32,000 nucleotides of DNA from Mycolicibacterium smegmatis (lineage in GTDB: Bacteria; Actinomycetota; Actinomycetes; Mycobacteriales; Mycobacteriaceae). Of the stretch, positions 1-13,726 are shown piece by piece. Within the stretch, counting starts at the first letter, position 1; every line of letters begins with the position of its first letter. The stretch lies in contig NZ_LN831039.1 of assembly GCF_001457595.1 (NCBI RefSeq), positions 6,480,001 to 6,512,000 of the forward strand. The letters are read 5' to 3'. Both the position numbers and the translations under genes were made by a program. The notes under the pieces are model-generated. The model was not told the origin of the DNA. It saw only the letters and a program-made list of their open reading frames with translations, and ran no database searches.

Positions 1-1598
1 TTCTCGAACACCTCGTCGGGCAGCTGGTTGGCCGGCACCGAGAACGCCGCGACGTAACCGGTGCGGATGGCCTTGCTGGCCTCCTGCGCCGAGTACTCGA
101 GGTCCTGCGGGTAGTGGTTGCGGCCGTCGATGATGACGAGGTCCTTGACGCGGCCCGTGATGTAGAGGTCGCCGTCGTAGAACGCGCCGTAGTCACCCGT
201 GCGCACCCAGGTCGCGTCGTCTGCGGCACCCTCGGCGTGCGACGGGTTGGTGCGCGACTTGAGGATGTTCTGGAACGTCGCGATCGACTCCTCGGGCTTG
301 CCCCAGTAGCCGGTGCCCATGTTCTGGCCGCTGATCCAGATCTCGCCGACCTGGCCGTCGGGCAGCTCGGTGGCCGACTCGGCGTCGACGATCACGGCCC
401 ACTCGGCGATCCCGACCTTGCCAGCGGACGCCTGCGCGACGGCCTTGGGCGAATCGGCGTCGACCTCGACGATGCGGCCCGCGTTCAGCTGGTCACGGTC
501 GACCGTGATGATCTTCGGCTCTTCCGAGCTGGGCGTGGTGGACACGAACAGCGTGGCCTCGGCGAGGCCGTAGGACGGCTTGATGGCCTTGGGCGGGAAG
601 CCGAACGGGCCGAACGCCTCGTTGAAGCGGCGCACCGTGGCAGCCGAGATCGGCTCGCTGCCGTTGAGGACGGCCTTGACGTTGGACAGGTCCAGCGGGG
701 GCGATCCCGGCTTCGGCACACCGCGCGCCGCGGCGTGGTCGAACGCGAAGTTCGGCGCCACCGAGATGGTGCCGCCGGTGTCGCTCTCCTTGCGCGCGAG
801 TTCGCGGATCCAGCGCTCGGGGCGCCGGACGAACGCGGCCGGGGTCATGAAGGTGAAGTAGTGGCCGATCATCGGTGCGAGCAGCGCGGTGATGAGACCC
901 ATGTCGTGGAAGAACGGCAGCCACGAGATCCCGCGGTCACCTTCCTCGCCTTCGAGCGCCTCGATGACCTGCACCACGTTGGTCGCCAGGTTGAGATGGG
1001 TGATCTGGACACCGGTCGGGATCCGGGTGGAGCCCGAGGTGTACTGCAGATACGCGATGGTGGTCTCGTCGGGCTCTTCCGGGTTGACCCACGTGGCAGC
1101 GACGTCGTCGGGCACCGCGTCGACCGCGATCACGCGGGGACGCTGGTTGGCCGGACGGGTGCGGAAGAACTTGCGCACACCCTCGGCGGCATCGGTGGTG
1201 GTCAGGATCGCCGATGGATGGCAGTTGTCGAGCACCGCGTGCAGACGGCCCACGTGGCCGGGCTCGGACGGATCGAACAGCGGAACCGCGATGCGGCCCG
1301 CATACAGCGCTCCGAAGAACGCGACCAGGTAATCGAGGTTCTGGGGACACAGGATGGCCACGCGGTCGCCGGGCTGGGTGACCTGCTGCAGACGGGCCGC
1401 GACCGCGCGGTTGCGGGCACTGAACTGCGCCCAGGTCAGGTCGCGGGGCACACCGTCACGTTCCGTGGAGAAGTCGAGGAACCGGTAGGCGAGTTTGTCG
1501 CCGCGCACCTTGGCCCAGCGCTCCACGTGCGCGACGATGCTGCTGCCGTCAGGGAACTTGATTTGTCCGTCCTTGATGAACGGATTGTGGAACGGCAT
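1..1598 (-). CDS. fadD32: Fatty-acyl-AMP ligase FadD32 (meromycolate activation), N-terminal ~532 codons; the 3' end runs off the left window edge
   Basis: The reverse complement from 1598 reads ATG CCG TTC CAC AAT CCG TTC ATC AAG GAC GGA = [18 protein letters not shown]... and stays open to position 1. It contains the adenylate-forming signature [18 protein letters not shown]. Synteny is with the Rv3802c-like gene. It is absent from the ORF track because the window truncates it; the 114..1676 + ORF is its antisense shadow. Confidence 0.9.
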   Translation of the reverse strand, partial: MPFHNPFIKDGQIKFPDGSSIVAHVERWAKVRGDKLAYRFLDFSTERDGVPRDLTWAQFSARNRAVAARLQQVTQPGDRVAILCPQNLDYLVAFFGALYAGRIAVPLFDPSEPGHVGRLHAVLDNCHPSAILTTTDAAEGVRKFFRTRPANQRPRVIAVDAVPDDVAATWVNPEEPDETTIAYLQYTSGSTRIPTGVQITHLNLATNVVQVIEALEGEEGDRGISWLPFFHDMGLITALLAPMIGHYFTFMTPAAFVRRPERWIRELARKESDTGGTISVAPNFAFDHAAARGVPKPGSPPLDLSNVKAVLNGSEPISAATVRRFNEAFGPFGFPPKAIKPSYGLAEATLFVSTTPSSEEPKIITVDRDQLNAGRIVEVDADSPKAVAQASAGKVGIAEWAVIVDAESATELPDGQVGEIWISGQNMGTGYWGKPEESIATFQNILKSRTNPSHAEGAADDATWVRTGDYGAFYDGDLYITGRVKDLVIIDGRNHYPQDLEYSAQEASKAIRTGYVAAFSVPANQLPDEVFE

Positions 1599-1799
1599 AT
1601 CACTCTCCTGTGTCAGAGCCGTGCTCATCGCGTTGTCGCACGTCACACGGCGCGTCCCGGCCGCAACGGCCGGTGAACGCACCGAAACCCGGAGAATCGT
1701 ACCGGGCATTGCGATCCGAGCGATCCGAGCTCGTGGATCGGCCGACCGCCACTGCTCGGTCAGCTCCTCTACGTGCGCGAAGCTCTTAGTTTTCTCTTA

Positions 1800-1805
1800 A
1801 TGTTA
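1800..1805 (-). promoter_or_regulatory. Candidate -10 hexamer (TAACAT on the minus strand) for fadD32, inside a 22-nt AT-rich island (1785..1806)
   Basis: Plus strand atgtta = minus TAACAT, fitting the mycobacterial TANNNT -10. It lies just downstream (in the transcription sense) of the 1807..1822 hairpin. It would give a ~195-nt leader to the ATG at 1598. Sequence inference only. Confidence 0.3.
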
Positions 1806-1806
1806 A

Positions 1807-1822
1807 GGGACCGGGTGGTCCC
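1807..1822 (-). terminator. Short GC hairpin (GGGACC-gggt-GGTCCC) 21 nt downstream of the esterase stop, followed on the minus strand by a T/A-rich run
   Basis: Perfect 6-bp stem with a 4-nt loop seen directly. On the minus strand it is followed by cttaacattaagag. The stem is short, so support is modest. Confidence 0.35.
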
Positions 1823-1842
1823 GTCCAAATCCGGCGCGCGCG

Positions 1843-2856
1843 TCAACCGTGTTTCGGATGAGGCGCATTTTCGACAAGATTGCGGGCCCATTCGAGCGTC
1901 CACTGCGTGGCGGTTTGCCCGTTCTCGACCCAGAACTGCGGTGTGTTGTACAGCGCGTGCACAGGTCCCGCGGCGCTGCCCGACAGCGTCTCGAGGGTCT
2001 TGGGCAGGTTGAAGACGGAGAAGGCCTGTTCAGGAGCCGAGCAGATCAGGTCGCCCGAACCGCAGATCTGGTTGGTGCGGTTGTTCAGCGCGCCGAACCC
2101 GCCGGGGCGCGGCCCCGTCATGGTCAGCCCCAGCGCCGACAGCGCGGGCACCTCGTGCAGCGTGATCTCCGCACCCTGCCCCGCCGGGTTGGGCCCGACG
2201 TCCTGCCCGACGCCCATCTCGCGACGGCCGTCGGCGATCAACGTCACACCGAGCACCAGGTCCTCGTCCACCGGGCCGCGCCCGTTGCCGATGTCGCTGG
2301 CGATGTCACCCGCGATCACCGCGCCCTGCGAGAACCCGGCGATCACATAGCTGGTGAGCGGGCAGCGGTCGTTCATGTCGGTCATGGCCTTGACCGTCGT
2401 CCGCATGCCCTCCGCGCGACTGTCGTTGTAGGACATCTGCTTGTCCGCCGCGAACGGGTTGTGGAACTGCGCGGTGTACGGCGTGGTGTACACCTGCAGA
2501 CGGTCCGGGCCGAACTGCTCGGCCAGCGGCTTGCTGATGTTCGACATCAGCGACAGCGGGAACTGCGTGGGGTTGAACGGGTCGTCGGTCGGCGAGGACT
2601 CCCACGTGCCCGGGATCGAGACCATCATCACGTCCGGGCAGTCGGCCGACTGGAACTCCGGGCGCGGTTTGCGCGTGCCGGGAGGCACCACGACGCCACC
2701 GGGCGGTTCCGCGCTGGGCGGCGGGGTGGCCGGGGTGTCCGGACGGCGCATGATCACGACCACGATCGTCACCACGAGCACCACGACGAGGGCCATCGCC
2801 GCGGCGGCGATCAGGGCCAGGATGCGGTGGCGCTTACGCCGAGCGTTCTTTGCCAT
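1843..2856 (-). CDS. culp6: Cutinase-fold serine esterase/phospholipase-thioesterase, Rv3802c (Culp6) homolog, N-terminal membrane anchor
   Basis: 337-aa ORF starting [29 protein letters not shown] (TM anchor). It has a Pro-rich linker, the nucleophile elbow GFSQGA, and conserved Cys pairs. Its position between fadD32 and the Ag85 genes matches M. tuberculosis. ATG at 2856. Confidence 0.9.
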   Translation of the reverse strand: MAKNARRKRHRILALIAAAAMALVVVLVVTIVVVIMRRPDTPATPPPSAEPPGGVVVPPGTRKPRPEFQSADCPDVMMVSIPGTWESSPTDDPFNPTQFPLSLMSNISKPLAEQFGPDRLQVYTTPYTAQFHNPFAADKQMSYNDSRAEGMRTTVKAMTDMNDRCPLTSYVIAGFSQGAVIAGDIASDIGNGRGPVDEDLVLGVTLIADGRREMGVGQDVGPNPAGQGAEITLHEVPALSALGLTMTGPRPGGFGALNNRTNQICGSGDLICSAPEQAFSVFNLPKTLETLSGSAAGPVHALYNTPQFWVENGQTATQWTLEWARNLVENAPHPKHG

Positions 2857-2874
2857 GTAGTTTTCGTGCTCCTG

Positions 2875-3348
2875 CTAGCAGAGTCGTTCGGTTGCGATGC
2901 GGATGTAGTCGGAGGTCGCCGAGTCGACCTCCCCGGGCGCAACCGTCGCGCCCGAGTGCCTGGCACGCACATCGCTGCGCACCAGCGGCAGTACGAAATC
3001 CCACACCGCCTGGTCATTCTGCTTGGCAGCCCGGGCCTGGCACACATACGACCCGATGGACAGGGCCAGCAGATCACTCGACGGCGTCACGCCCGAGGAA
3101 CGGAGCGCATCGAGATAACCCTGCTGCTGGCCGGTGAGCGTCAACGACCCGGTGCGCCCGGGCGCGGTCATCGCCGACTCGGGCGGCAGATCACCCGACT
3201 GCGCCCTGGTGTCGGTGATTTGCGAAGGCGGCACGGCCAGGGGCGCGATCATGTCCCCACCGGCGTCACATGCGGTCAGCAACGGCGCAGCGGCCATCGC
3301 GAGCGATAGCGCGACGACCTGCGTCCTCGACCGAACCGTGTGCTGCAC
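2875..3348 (-). CDS. Secreted lipoprotein, DUF732-like
   Basis: 157-aa ORF with a GTG start at 3348. Basic n-region QHTVRSRTQ, hydrophobic core VVALSLAMAAAPLL, lipobox L-T-A-C. The C-terminal part (GYLDALRSSGV...SIGSYVCQA...IATERLC) has two Cys and resembles DUF732. Confidence 0.7.
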   Translation of the reverse strand: MQHTVRSRTQVVALSLAMAAAPLLTACDAGGDMIAPLAVPPSQITDTRAQSGDLPPESAMTAPGRTGSLTLTGQQQGYLDALRSSGVTPSSDLLALSIGSYVCQARAAKQNDQAVWDFVLPLVRSDVRARHSGATVAPGEVDSATSDYIRIATERLC

Positions 3349-3414
3349 GCTTCCACCGTACCGGCTGCTGAAAAGTGCTCCAGTCCAGCTGTTTCGCCGT
3401 CTCGACGCGGTGTG

Positions 3415-4317
3415 CTACTTGATGGTGGCGACCAGCTCACCGGACATGTAGGCCAGCTGAGGCGCCCAGCTGCCCCAGTCGTGCTGCCCCGAGGCCGGGA
3501 AGTCGAAGTGACCGTTGCTGCCGCCCACGCGTCGGTAGTCCGAATAGAACTGACGGTTGCTGCCCTGCGCCTGATCGCAGTAGCCGATCATCGCGGCCGG
3601 ATCGCTGCACGTCAGGGTGCCGGGGCTGTAGACCCACAACCGGGTGTTGGAGTCGGCCAGCAACTGCACGTGCACAGCGGGGTCGTGCCACTTCCAGCGA
3701 CCGAACTGTGGGGGACCCCACATGCGGTTGGCGTCGACGTTGCCGAACCGCGCGAGCCCCGCGGTGATCGCGCCGTTGAGCGTGGTCGCCGACGGCGTCA
3801 GGAAACCCGACAGCGACCCGGCGAACCGGAACATGCCCGGGTGGAACGCGGCCAGCGTCACCGCGGCCGTACCGCCCTGCGCGGCACCTACGACGGCGTG
3901 GCCGTCCGGCGCCAGGCCCTTGTTCGCGGCCAGCCAGCCCGGCAGCTCGGCGGTGAGGAACGTCTCCCACTGCTTGCTGCCGTCCTGCTCCCAGTTGGTG
4001 TAGAGGCTCCACGCACCGCCTGCCGGCGCGGCCACCGAGATGCCGCGGCCCGCGAGCGTGCTCATCGCGCTGCCCGCGTTGACCCAGTTGCTGACGTCGG
4101 GGGCGGCGTTGAACGCGTCGAGCAGGAACACCGCGTGCGGCCCGCCTGCCTGGAACGCGACGGGGATGTCACGGCCCATGGCCGCCGACGGCACCATCAG
4201 GTACTCAACGCCGTCGGCCCGCGCCGGCGCACCCGAGGTTGCCGAGACCGTCCACAGGCCCGCGGCGAGCACCACGGTCAGCATCAGCGCCCGAACCAGA
4301 CTCAACCCACGTCTCAT
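3415..4317 (-). CDS. fbpD: MPT51/FbpD-like antigen-85 family protein (non-catalytic alpha/beta-hydrolase fold)
   Basis: 300-aa ORF with a signal peptide (MRRGLSLVRALMLTVVLAAGLW...ARA). It is homologous to the two downstream Ag85 genes, but the nucleophile motif reads VGAAQGG instead of GLSM[AS]G, as in M. tuberculosis MPT51 (Rv3803c). SD gaaggtctagagg lies before the ATG at 4317. Confidence 0.85.
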   Translation of the reverse strand: MRRGLSLVRALMLTVVLAAGLWTVSATSGAPARADGVEYLMVPSAAMGRDIPVAFQAGGPHAVFLLDAFNAAPDVSNWVNAGSAMSTLAGRGISVAAPAGGAWSLYTNWEQDGSKQWETFLTAELPGWLAANKGLAPDGHAVVGAAQGGTAAVTLAAFHPGMFRFAGSLSGFLTPSATTLNGAITAGLARFGNVDANRMWGPPQFGRWKWHDPAVHVQLLADSNTRLWVYSPGTLTCSDPAAMIGYCDQAQGSNRQFYSDYRRVGGSNGHFDFPASGQHDWGSWAPQLAYMSGELVATIK

Positions 4318-4430
4318 CCTCTAGACCTTCCTGCCGGACCGCCGGAATGTGCCCCCACTCACCGAACTCGCGTTGTAGTGAACCACATCGCCGATGTCGC
4401 CGGTCCCCGAAACCGTCCCGGAAATGCCTG

Positions 4431-4460
4431 ACGGCGGCGATCCGAGAGGATCGCCGCCGT
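4431..4460 (-). terminator. Intrinsic terminator-like hairpin downstream of fbpA
   Basis: Perfect 13-bp stem ACGGCGGCGATCC-gaga-GGATCGCCGCCGT, 14 nt after the fbpA stop (4474). On the minus strand it is followed by caggcatttcc. Confidence 0.6.
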
Positions 4461-4473
4461 CAGCTCAACTCGA

Positions 4474-5562
<1,089 letters not shown>

Positions 5563-5617
5563 TCAACCACATATCGGTGTGGTCCTACTTTTCAGCAGTT
5601 GTCTGACTGGTCGCTCC

Positions 5618-6631
<1,014 letters not shown>

Positions 6632-6733
6632 TCACCGTCCGTTCCTATGTCGGTGGCGCAGGGGCCGTCGCGAGAACCGCGGCTCACACCGCGGGTGTCG
6701 ACCTTCTATCGACCGCGCCAGGCGAAGCGTTAC

Positions 6734-6758
6734 CGTCCCGGATCGAATACCGGGGACG
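6734..6758 (-). terminator. Possible hairpin downstream of aftB (8-bp stem with a 1-nt bulge)
   Basis: cgtcccgg-atcgaata-ccggggacg starts 17 nt after the aftB stop. There is no U-tract, so support is weak. Confidence 0.25.
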
Positions 6759-6774
6759 CCCGCGCCTCAGCTAA

Positions 6775-8712
6775 CTACGGTCCCGTTGCCGGCATGCCGG
6801 TGTAGGGCGGGTTCTTCGGTTCGGGTGGCTCCAGCCCGCAGCGCCGCAGTTCGTACAGCGGCACGCGGTCGATGCGGTACTTGGTGAACTCGTAGGAGTG
6901 CACGATGTTCGACAGGAACCGCCGCGGGGTCAGTTCGCCGCGCACCGAGTTCAGCACCGCGTCGGTGGCCGGGCAGGTCAGCGCGACCTGCGCCTGCGCG
7001 ATCCAGTCCTCATCCAGGTACGCCGGGACGAAGGGATGCTCCTTGAGGAACGGGCCCTCGGCCACCGCCCAGTCCGGGAACAGGTTCTTGTCGTGTCCGA
7101 TGCGGCCGTCGGTCAGGCGCTGGGTGTGCTGCGCCAGCGGGTTGGTCAGACCGATCTGGTCGATCACCCGCACGTCGAGTCCGACGTTCATGCCCAGCAT
7201 GCCCATGTTCGTGAAAAACACTGTGTGGGGCGCTTTGTAGGCCTTGCGCTGCTCGGGCGTCATGTCCGGCGGCGGCGGGATCGCGGGCACCACATCCCAC
7301 ACGTCGTAGTTGCCCGACGGCAGCAGCAGCGCACCGTCCGGGGTGTTCTCCAACGCGGTCAGCACCGCGCGCATGCGGGGATAGTCGAGATAGTCCGCGG
7401 CCGTCAGCGGATGCGCGTGCCCGGTGGCCTGCGAGTAGAAGCGACGCTCGTCGACGATGCCGGTGTAGGTCACCCGTGTCGCGTCGGCACCCATGCCCGG
7501 CGAATTCGCCGCCCACACAGACCATCCCACGACCGCGACCCACAGCACGCTCGTCGCGGCCGCCAGCAGGTAGCCCGTCTCACGGGTGAACCGGGTGCCG
7601 TCGGGCAGCACAAGCGGGATCACCGCGACCGGCGCCAGCACGCAGAAGATCGGCGCCAGAAGCACGCGGCCGTGCATGAAGTCGCCGCCCTGGCGCACCC
7701 AGTAGATGCCCTGGATCAAACCGCTGAGAACCATGAAAGCGACCACGGCGGGCGGACTCTGGACGGTCCGGCGCACCCAGCCGTACCCGCGCGGCACCTG
7801 ACGGTGCAGCCACCACGGACGGCTGCGGGTGGCCACCAGCACGAGGCCGAGCAGCACCAGCAGCACCGCGGGCACCCACAGCAGATAGGGCTGGTTGAAG
7901 TTGGCCAGGTACGTCAGGCCCTGCGACCACTTCGATCCGGTCGCGTCCTTGGCGACCGCGGTGCCCGGCACGATCAGCGCGTAGTAGCCCATCCGGAAGA
8001 TCTGGTAGGCCACCGGAAGCAGACCGCCGGCAACGACGATCAGCACGCGCCGCCGCCACCCCCGCGCCGCGATGAGCATCATCACCAGCGCGCCGCCGCC
8101 GATGAGCGCGAGTTCCGGGCGCACCAGCACGGAAAGTCCCGCGACGAACGCCAGCGCCCCCTCGAAGAACCGTCCCGGGACGTTGTCGGGGGCGTCCTGG
8201 GGTGCTCCGCCGTCGGCCGGGTAGGCGCGCAACGCCTGCGACCAGCACACCATCATCCACCACAGCAGGCCCAGATAGGCCAGCACCAAACCGTTTTCGA
8301 GCCCCGAGGTGGCGAAGTCGCGGGCAGGCGGGATCGCGATGTAGACCAGCGCCCCCGCGGGCAGCAGCAGCGCACGCCTGCCCTGCAGGCTGGGCGCGTA
8401 CAGCCGTCCGGCGCCGAACATGACCAGCACCACACCGGCGACGCTGAGCGCGAGCGCGAATGCCAGCACCACGTACTCCAGCCGGACCGAACCGCCGATC
8501 CAGGCGCCGAGGGTCACCAGGTACGTCCACAGCGTCGAGGTGTTGGCCTCGACACGCTCACCGGCGTTGAACACCGGGCCGTTGCCCGCCAACAGGTTCC
8601 GCACGGTCCGCAGCACGATCAGACCGTCGTCGGCGATCCACCGGCGCTGCCACGCGCCCCAGCCGAACAGGCCCGCGACCACGAGCACGCTCAGCCACAG
8701 GCTGATGCGCAC
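6775..8712 (-). CDS. aftB: Arabinofuranosyltransferase AftB (GT-C, terminal beta-1,2 Araf transfer)
   Basis: Polytopic membrane N-terminal half plus a soluble C-terminal domain. It follows ubiA on the minus strand (ubiA stop 8792), as in the Rv3806c-Rv3805c order. The longest ORF starts at GTG 8814 (679 aa) and would overlap the ubiA stop by 23 nt. I place the start at GTG 8712 (VRISLWLSVLVVAGLFGWGAWQRRWIADDGLIVLRTVRNLLAGNGP), matching my recollection of the M. tuberculosis N-terminus MVRVSLW. The start is uncertain; the stop is firm. Confidence 0.8.
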   Translation of the reverse strand: MRISLWLSVLVVAGLFGWGAWQRRWIADDGLIVLRTVRNLLAGNGPVFNAGERVEANTSTLWTYLVTLGAWIGGSVRLEYVVLAFALALSVAGVVLVMFGAGRLYAPSLQGRRALLLPAGALVYIAIPPARDFATSGLENGLVLAYLGLLWWMMVCWSQALRAYPADGGAPQDAPDNVPGRFFEGALAFVAGLSVLVRPELALIGGGALVMMLIAARGWRRRVLIVVAGGLLPVAYQIFRMGYYALIVPGTAVAKDATGSKWSQGLTYLANFNQPYLLWVPAVLLVLLGLVLVATRSRPWWLHRQVPRGYGWVRRTVQSPPAVVAFMVLSGLIQGIYWVRQGGDFMHGRVLLAPIFCVLAPVAVIPLVLPDGTRFTRETGYLLAAATSVLWVAVVGWSVWAANSPGMGADATRVTYTGIVDERRFYSQATGHAHPLTAADYLDYPRMRAVLTALENTPDGALLLPSGNYDVWDVVPAIPPPPDMTPEQRKAYKAPHTVFFTNMGMLGMNVGLDVRVIDQIGLTNPLAQHTQRLTDGRIGHDKNLFPDWAVAEGPFLKEHPFVPAYLDEDWIAQAQVALTCPATDAVLNSVRGELTPRRFLSNIVHSYEFTKYRIDRVPLYELRRCGLEPPEPKNPPYTGMPATGP

Positions 8713-8791
8713 CGAGATGTCGTACGGGAAGGACGCCCCTCGTCCCAGCCGTTCACCGATACCACCGCTGAACCGGCGCGCGACCGGCCGT

Positions 8792-9748
8792 TCAGCTGAA
8801 ATAGATGGCCGCACCGATGGTCCCGATCCACGCCAGGAACAGAATCTGCAGCACTCGGTCTTTCAGCGCGATCTCCTCGGGTTCACCGGCGATGCCCCCG
8901 TCGATGTCCACTGCGTAACGGAGGATGGCGATGGTGAAGGGGATCATCGTGACCGCGTACCACGACGCGTCCTGCGCGTCGAGGGTCATCAGGTCGTTGG
9001 CCCGGTCGCGGCTGAACGCCCACAGCCCGTAACAGACCACCATCGCGGTGGCCGAAAGCGTCCACACGAAACGCAGGTAGCTGCTGGTGTAACTCTCCAG
9101 CGACTTGCGGATCTTGGCGCCCGTGCGCTCGGCCAATTGCAATTCGGCGTAGCGCTTTCCGGCCGCCATGAACAGCGAACCGAACGCCATCACGAGCAGG
9201 AACCACTGCGACAGCGGGATGTCGGCGGCGACACCGCCTGCGATCGCGCGGATCAAGAAGCCCGACGACACGATGCAGATGTCGAGCACGGCCTGGTGTT
9301 TGAGGCCGAAGCAGTAAGCCAACTGCACGGCGATGTACACCGCCATCACGATGGCCAGGTTGGCGGTGAGCCACCACGAGATCACCAGCGACGCGACAGC
9401 GAGCAGGCCGGCCAGCGAGTAGGCCATCCACTCGGGCACCACACCGGCCGCGATGGGCCGGAACCGCTTGGTGGGGTGCGCACGGTCGGCCTCGACGTCG
9501 CGCGCGTCGTTGATGAGATAGATCGACGACGCCGCGAGGCAGAACACCACGAACGCAACGGAGACCTTGGCCGCGACGTCGGCGTAGTCGTATTCGATGC
9601 CGCTGCCCACGGCGGCCAGCGGGGCCGCCAGCACCAGCAGGTTCTTGATCCACTGGCGCGGGCGCACGGCCTTGATCAGCCCGGAGACCAGATTCTTCGG
9701 CGGGCCTGCCGTCGGCTGCGCTTCCTCACTCATGTGGGTGGCATCCAT
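8792..9748 (-). CDS. ubiA: Decaprenyl-phosphate 5-phosphoribosyltransferase (DPPR synthase), UbiA prenyltransferase family, Rv3806c homolog
   Basis: 318-aa polytopic ORF with LINDARDVEADRAHPTKRFRPIAAG (NDxxDxxxD). GGAG lies 10 nt before the ATG at 9748; an alternative ATG is at 9733 (MSEEAQPTAG). Confidence 0.9.
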   Translation of the reverse strand: MDATHMSEEAQPTAGPPKNLVSGLIKAVRPRQWIKNLLVLAAPLAAVGSGIEYDYADVAAKVSVAFVVFCLAASSIYLINDARDVEADRAHPTKRFRPIAAGVVPEWMAYSLAGLLAVASLVISWWLTANLAIVMAVYIAVQLAYCFGLKHQAVLDICIVSSGFLIRAIAGGVAADIPLSQWFLLVMAFGSLFMAAGKRYAELQLAERTGAKIRKSLESYTSSYLRFVWTLSATAMVVCYGLWAFSRDRANDLMTLDAQDASWYAVTMIPFTIAILRYAVDIDGGIAGEPEEIALKDRVLQILFLAWIGTIGAAIYFS

Positions 9749-9784
9749 GGTTCTTCTGCTCCGTTACGACCCGCTCACCGACGC

Positions 9785-10323
9785 TCATCTGTCTCCTTCG
9801 GCACCGACAGAATTCGAAATCCTACCGGCCGCCTTCCCGACGGCTTTGCCCACGAGCGCTCCGACGACCACGCCCGTGACCACGTCGGTGGGATAGTGCA
9901 CGCCGAGCACCAGACGCGACAGCGCCATCGGCGGCACCAGGAGCGCGGGTGCCGGCACACCCGTGGTCTGCGCCAGCAGCACGGCCGCAGCCGTGGTCGA
10001 GGTGGCATGCGCGGACGGGAAGCTCAGCCGGCTGGGCGTTCCGACGTTGACGGCGATGTCGGGATGGCTGGGCCGCTCGCGGCGCACCACGCGCTTGATC
10101 ACGACGGCGGCCGCGTGCGCCAGAAACGCCCCGGCACCGACGGCGAGCCAGGACCGGCGCTTGGCAGGCTGGGCCAGCGCGCCCGCGGCGGCCAGCGCCA
10201 CCCAGCCCGCGCTGTGTTCACCGAAGTGCGAGAGGGCACGGGCGCCGGTCAGCACACCGGGCCTGCCGGCAAGAGCCGCTTGCACGGCAACCAACACGGC
10301 GTCCTCGCCGCGCGGGGCGTCGC

Positions 10324-10327
<4 letters not shown>
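9785..10327 (-). CDS. PAP2-family phosphatase (decaprenylphosphoryl-5-phosphoribose phosphatase, Rv3807c homolog)
   Basis: PAP2 motifs KRVVRRERP, PSAH and SRLVLGVHYPTD are present. The start is placed at ATG 10327, which forms an ATGA overlap with the glfT2 stop (10324-10326). The track ORF starts 45 nt further upstream inside glfT2. Confidence 0.8.
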
Positions 10328-13574
<3,247 letters not shown>

Positions 13575-13726
13575 TCAATCACGTCACTCTAGACACACTA
13601 GTCACACCCGTACCATCGATGACGTTGGCGCTCATGGGCTTCGCACGATCCGTCCGTAGCCGCTGACGAAGTTGTTCGGAGCACTCCGAGCAGTTGATAT
13701 GCAGTCCATGTATTGAGGAGACTTCC

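Noticed and set aside
114-1676. 520-aa + strand ORF covering most of the left end
   Set aside because: It is Arg/Gly/Asp/Val-rich with no recognisable domains and lies exactly antisense to a clean FadD32 reading frame. It is a typical high-GC shadow ORF.
6738-6760. cccggatcgaataccgggg, superficially like a tRNA T-arm
   Set aside because: There is no acceptor, D or anticodon arm context, and the loop does not match GTTCGAATC. No tRNA, rRNA, CRISPR repeat, transposase or integrase signature was found anywhere in the window.
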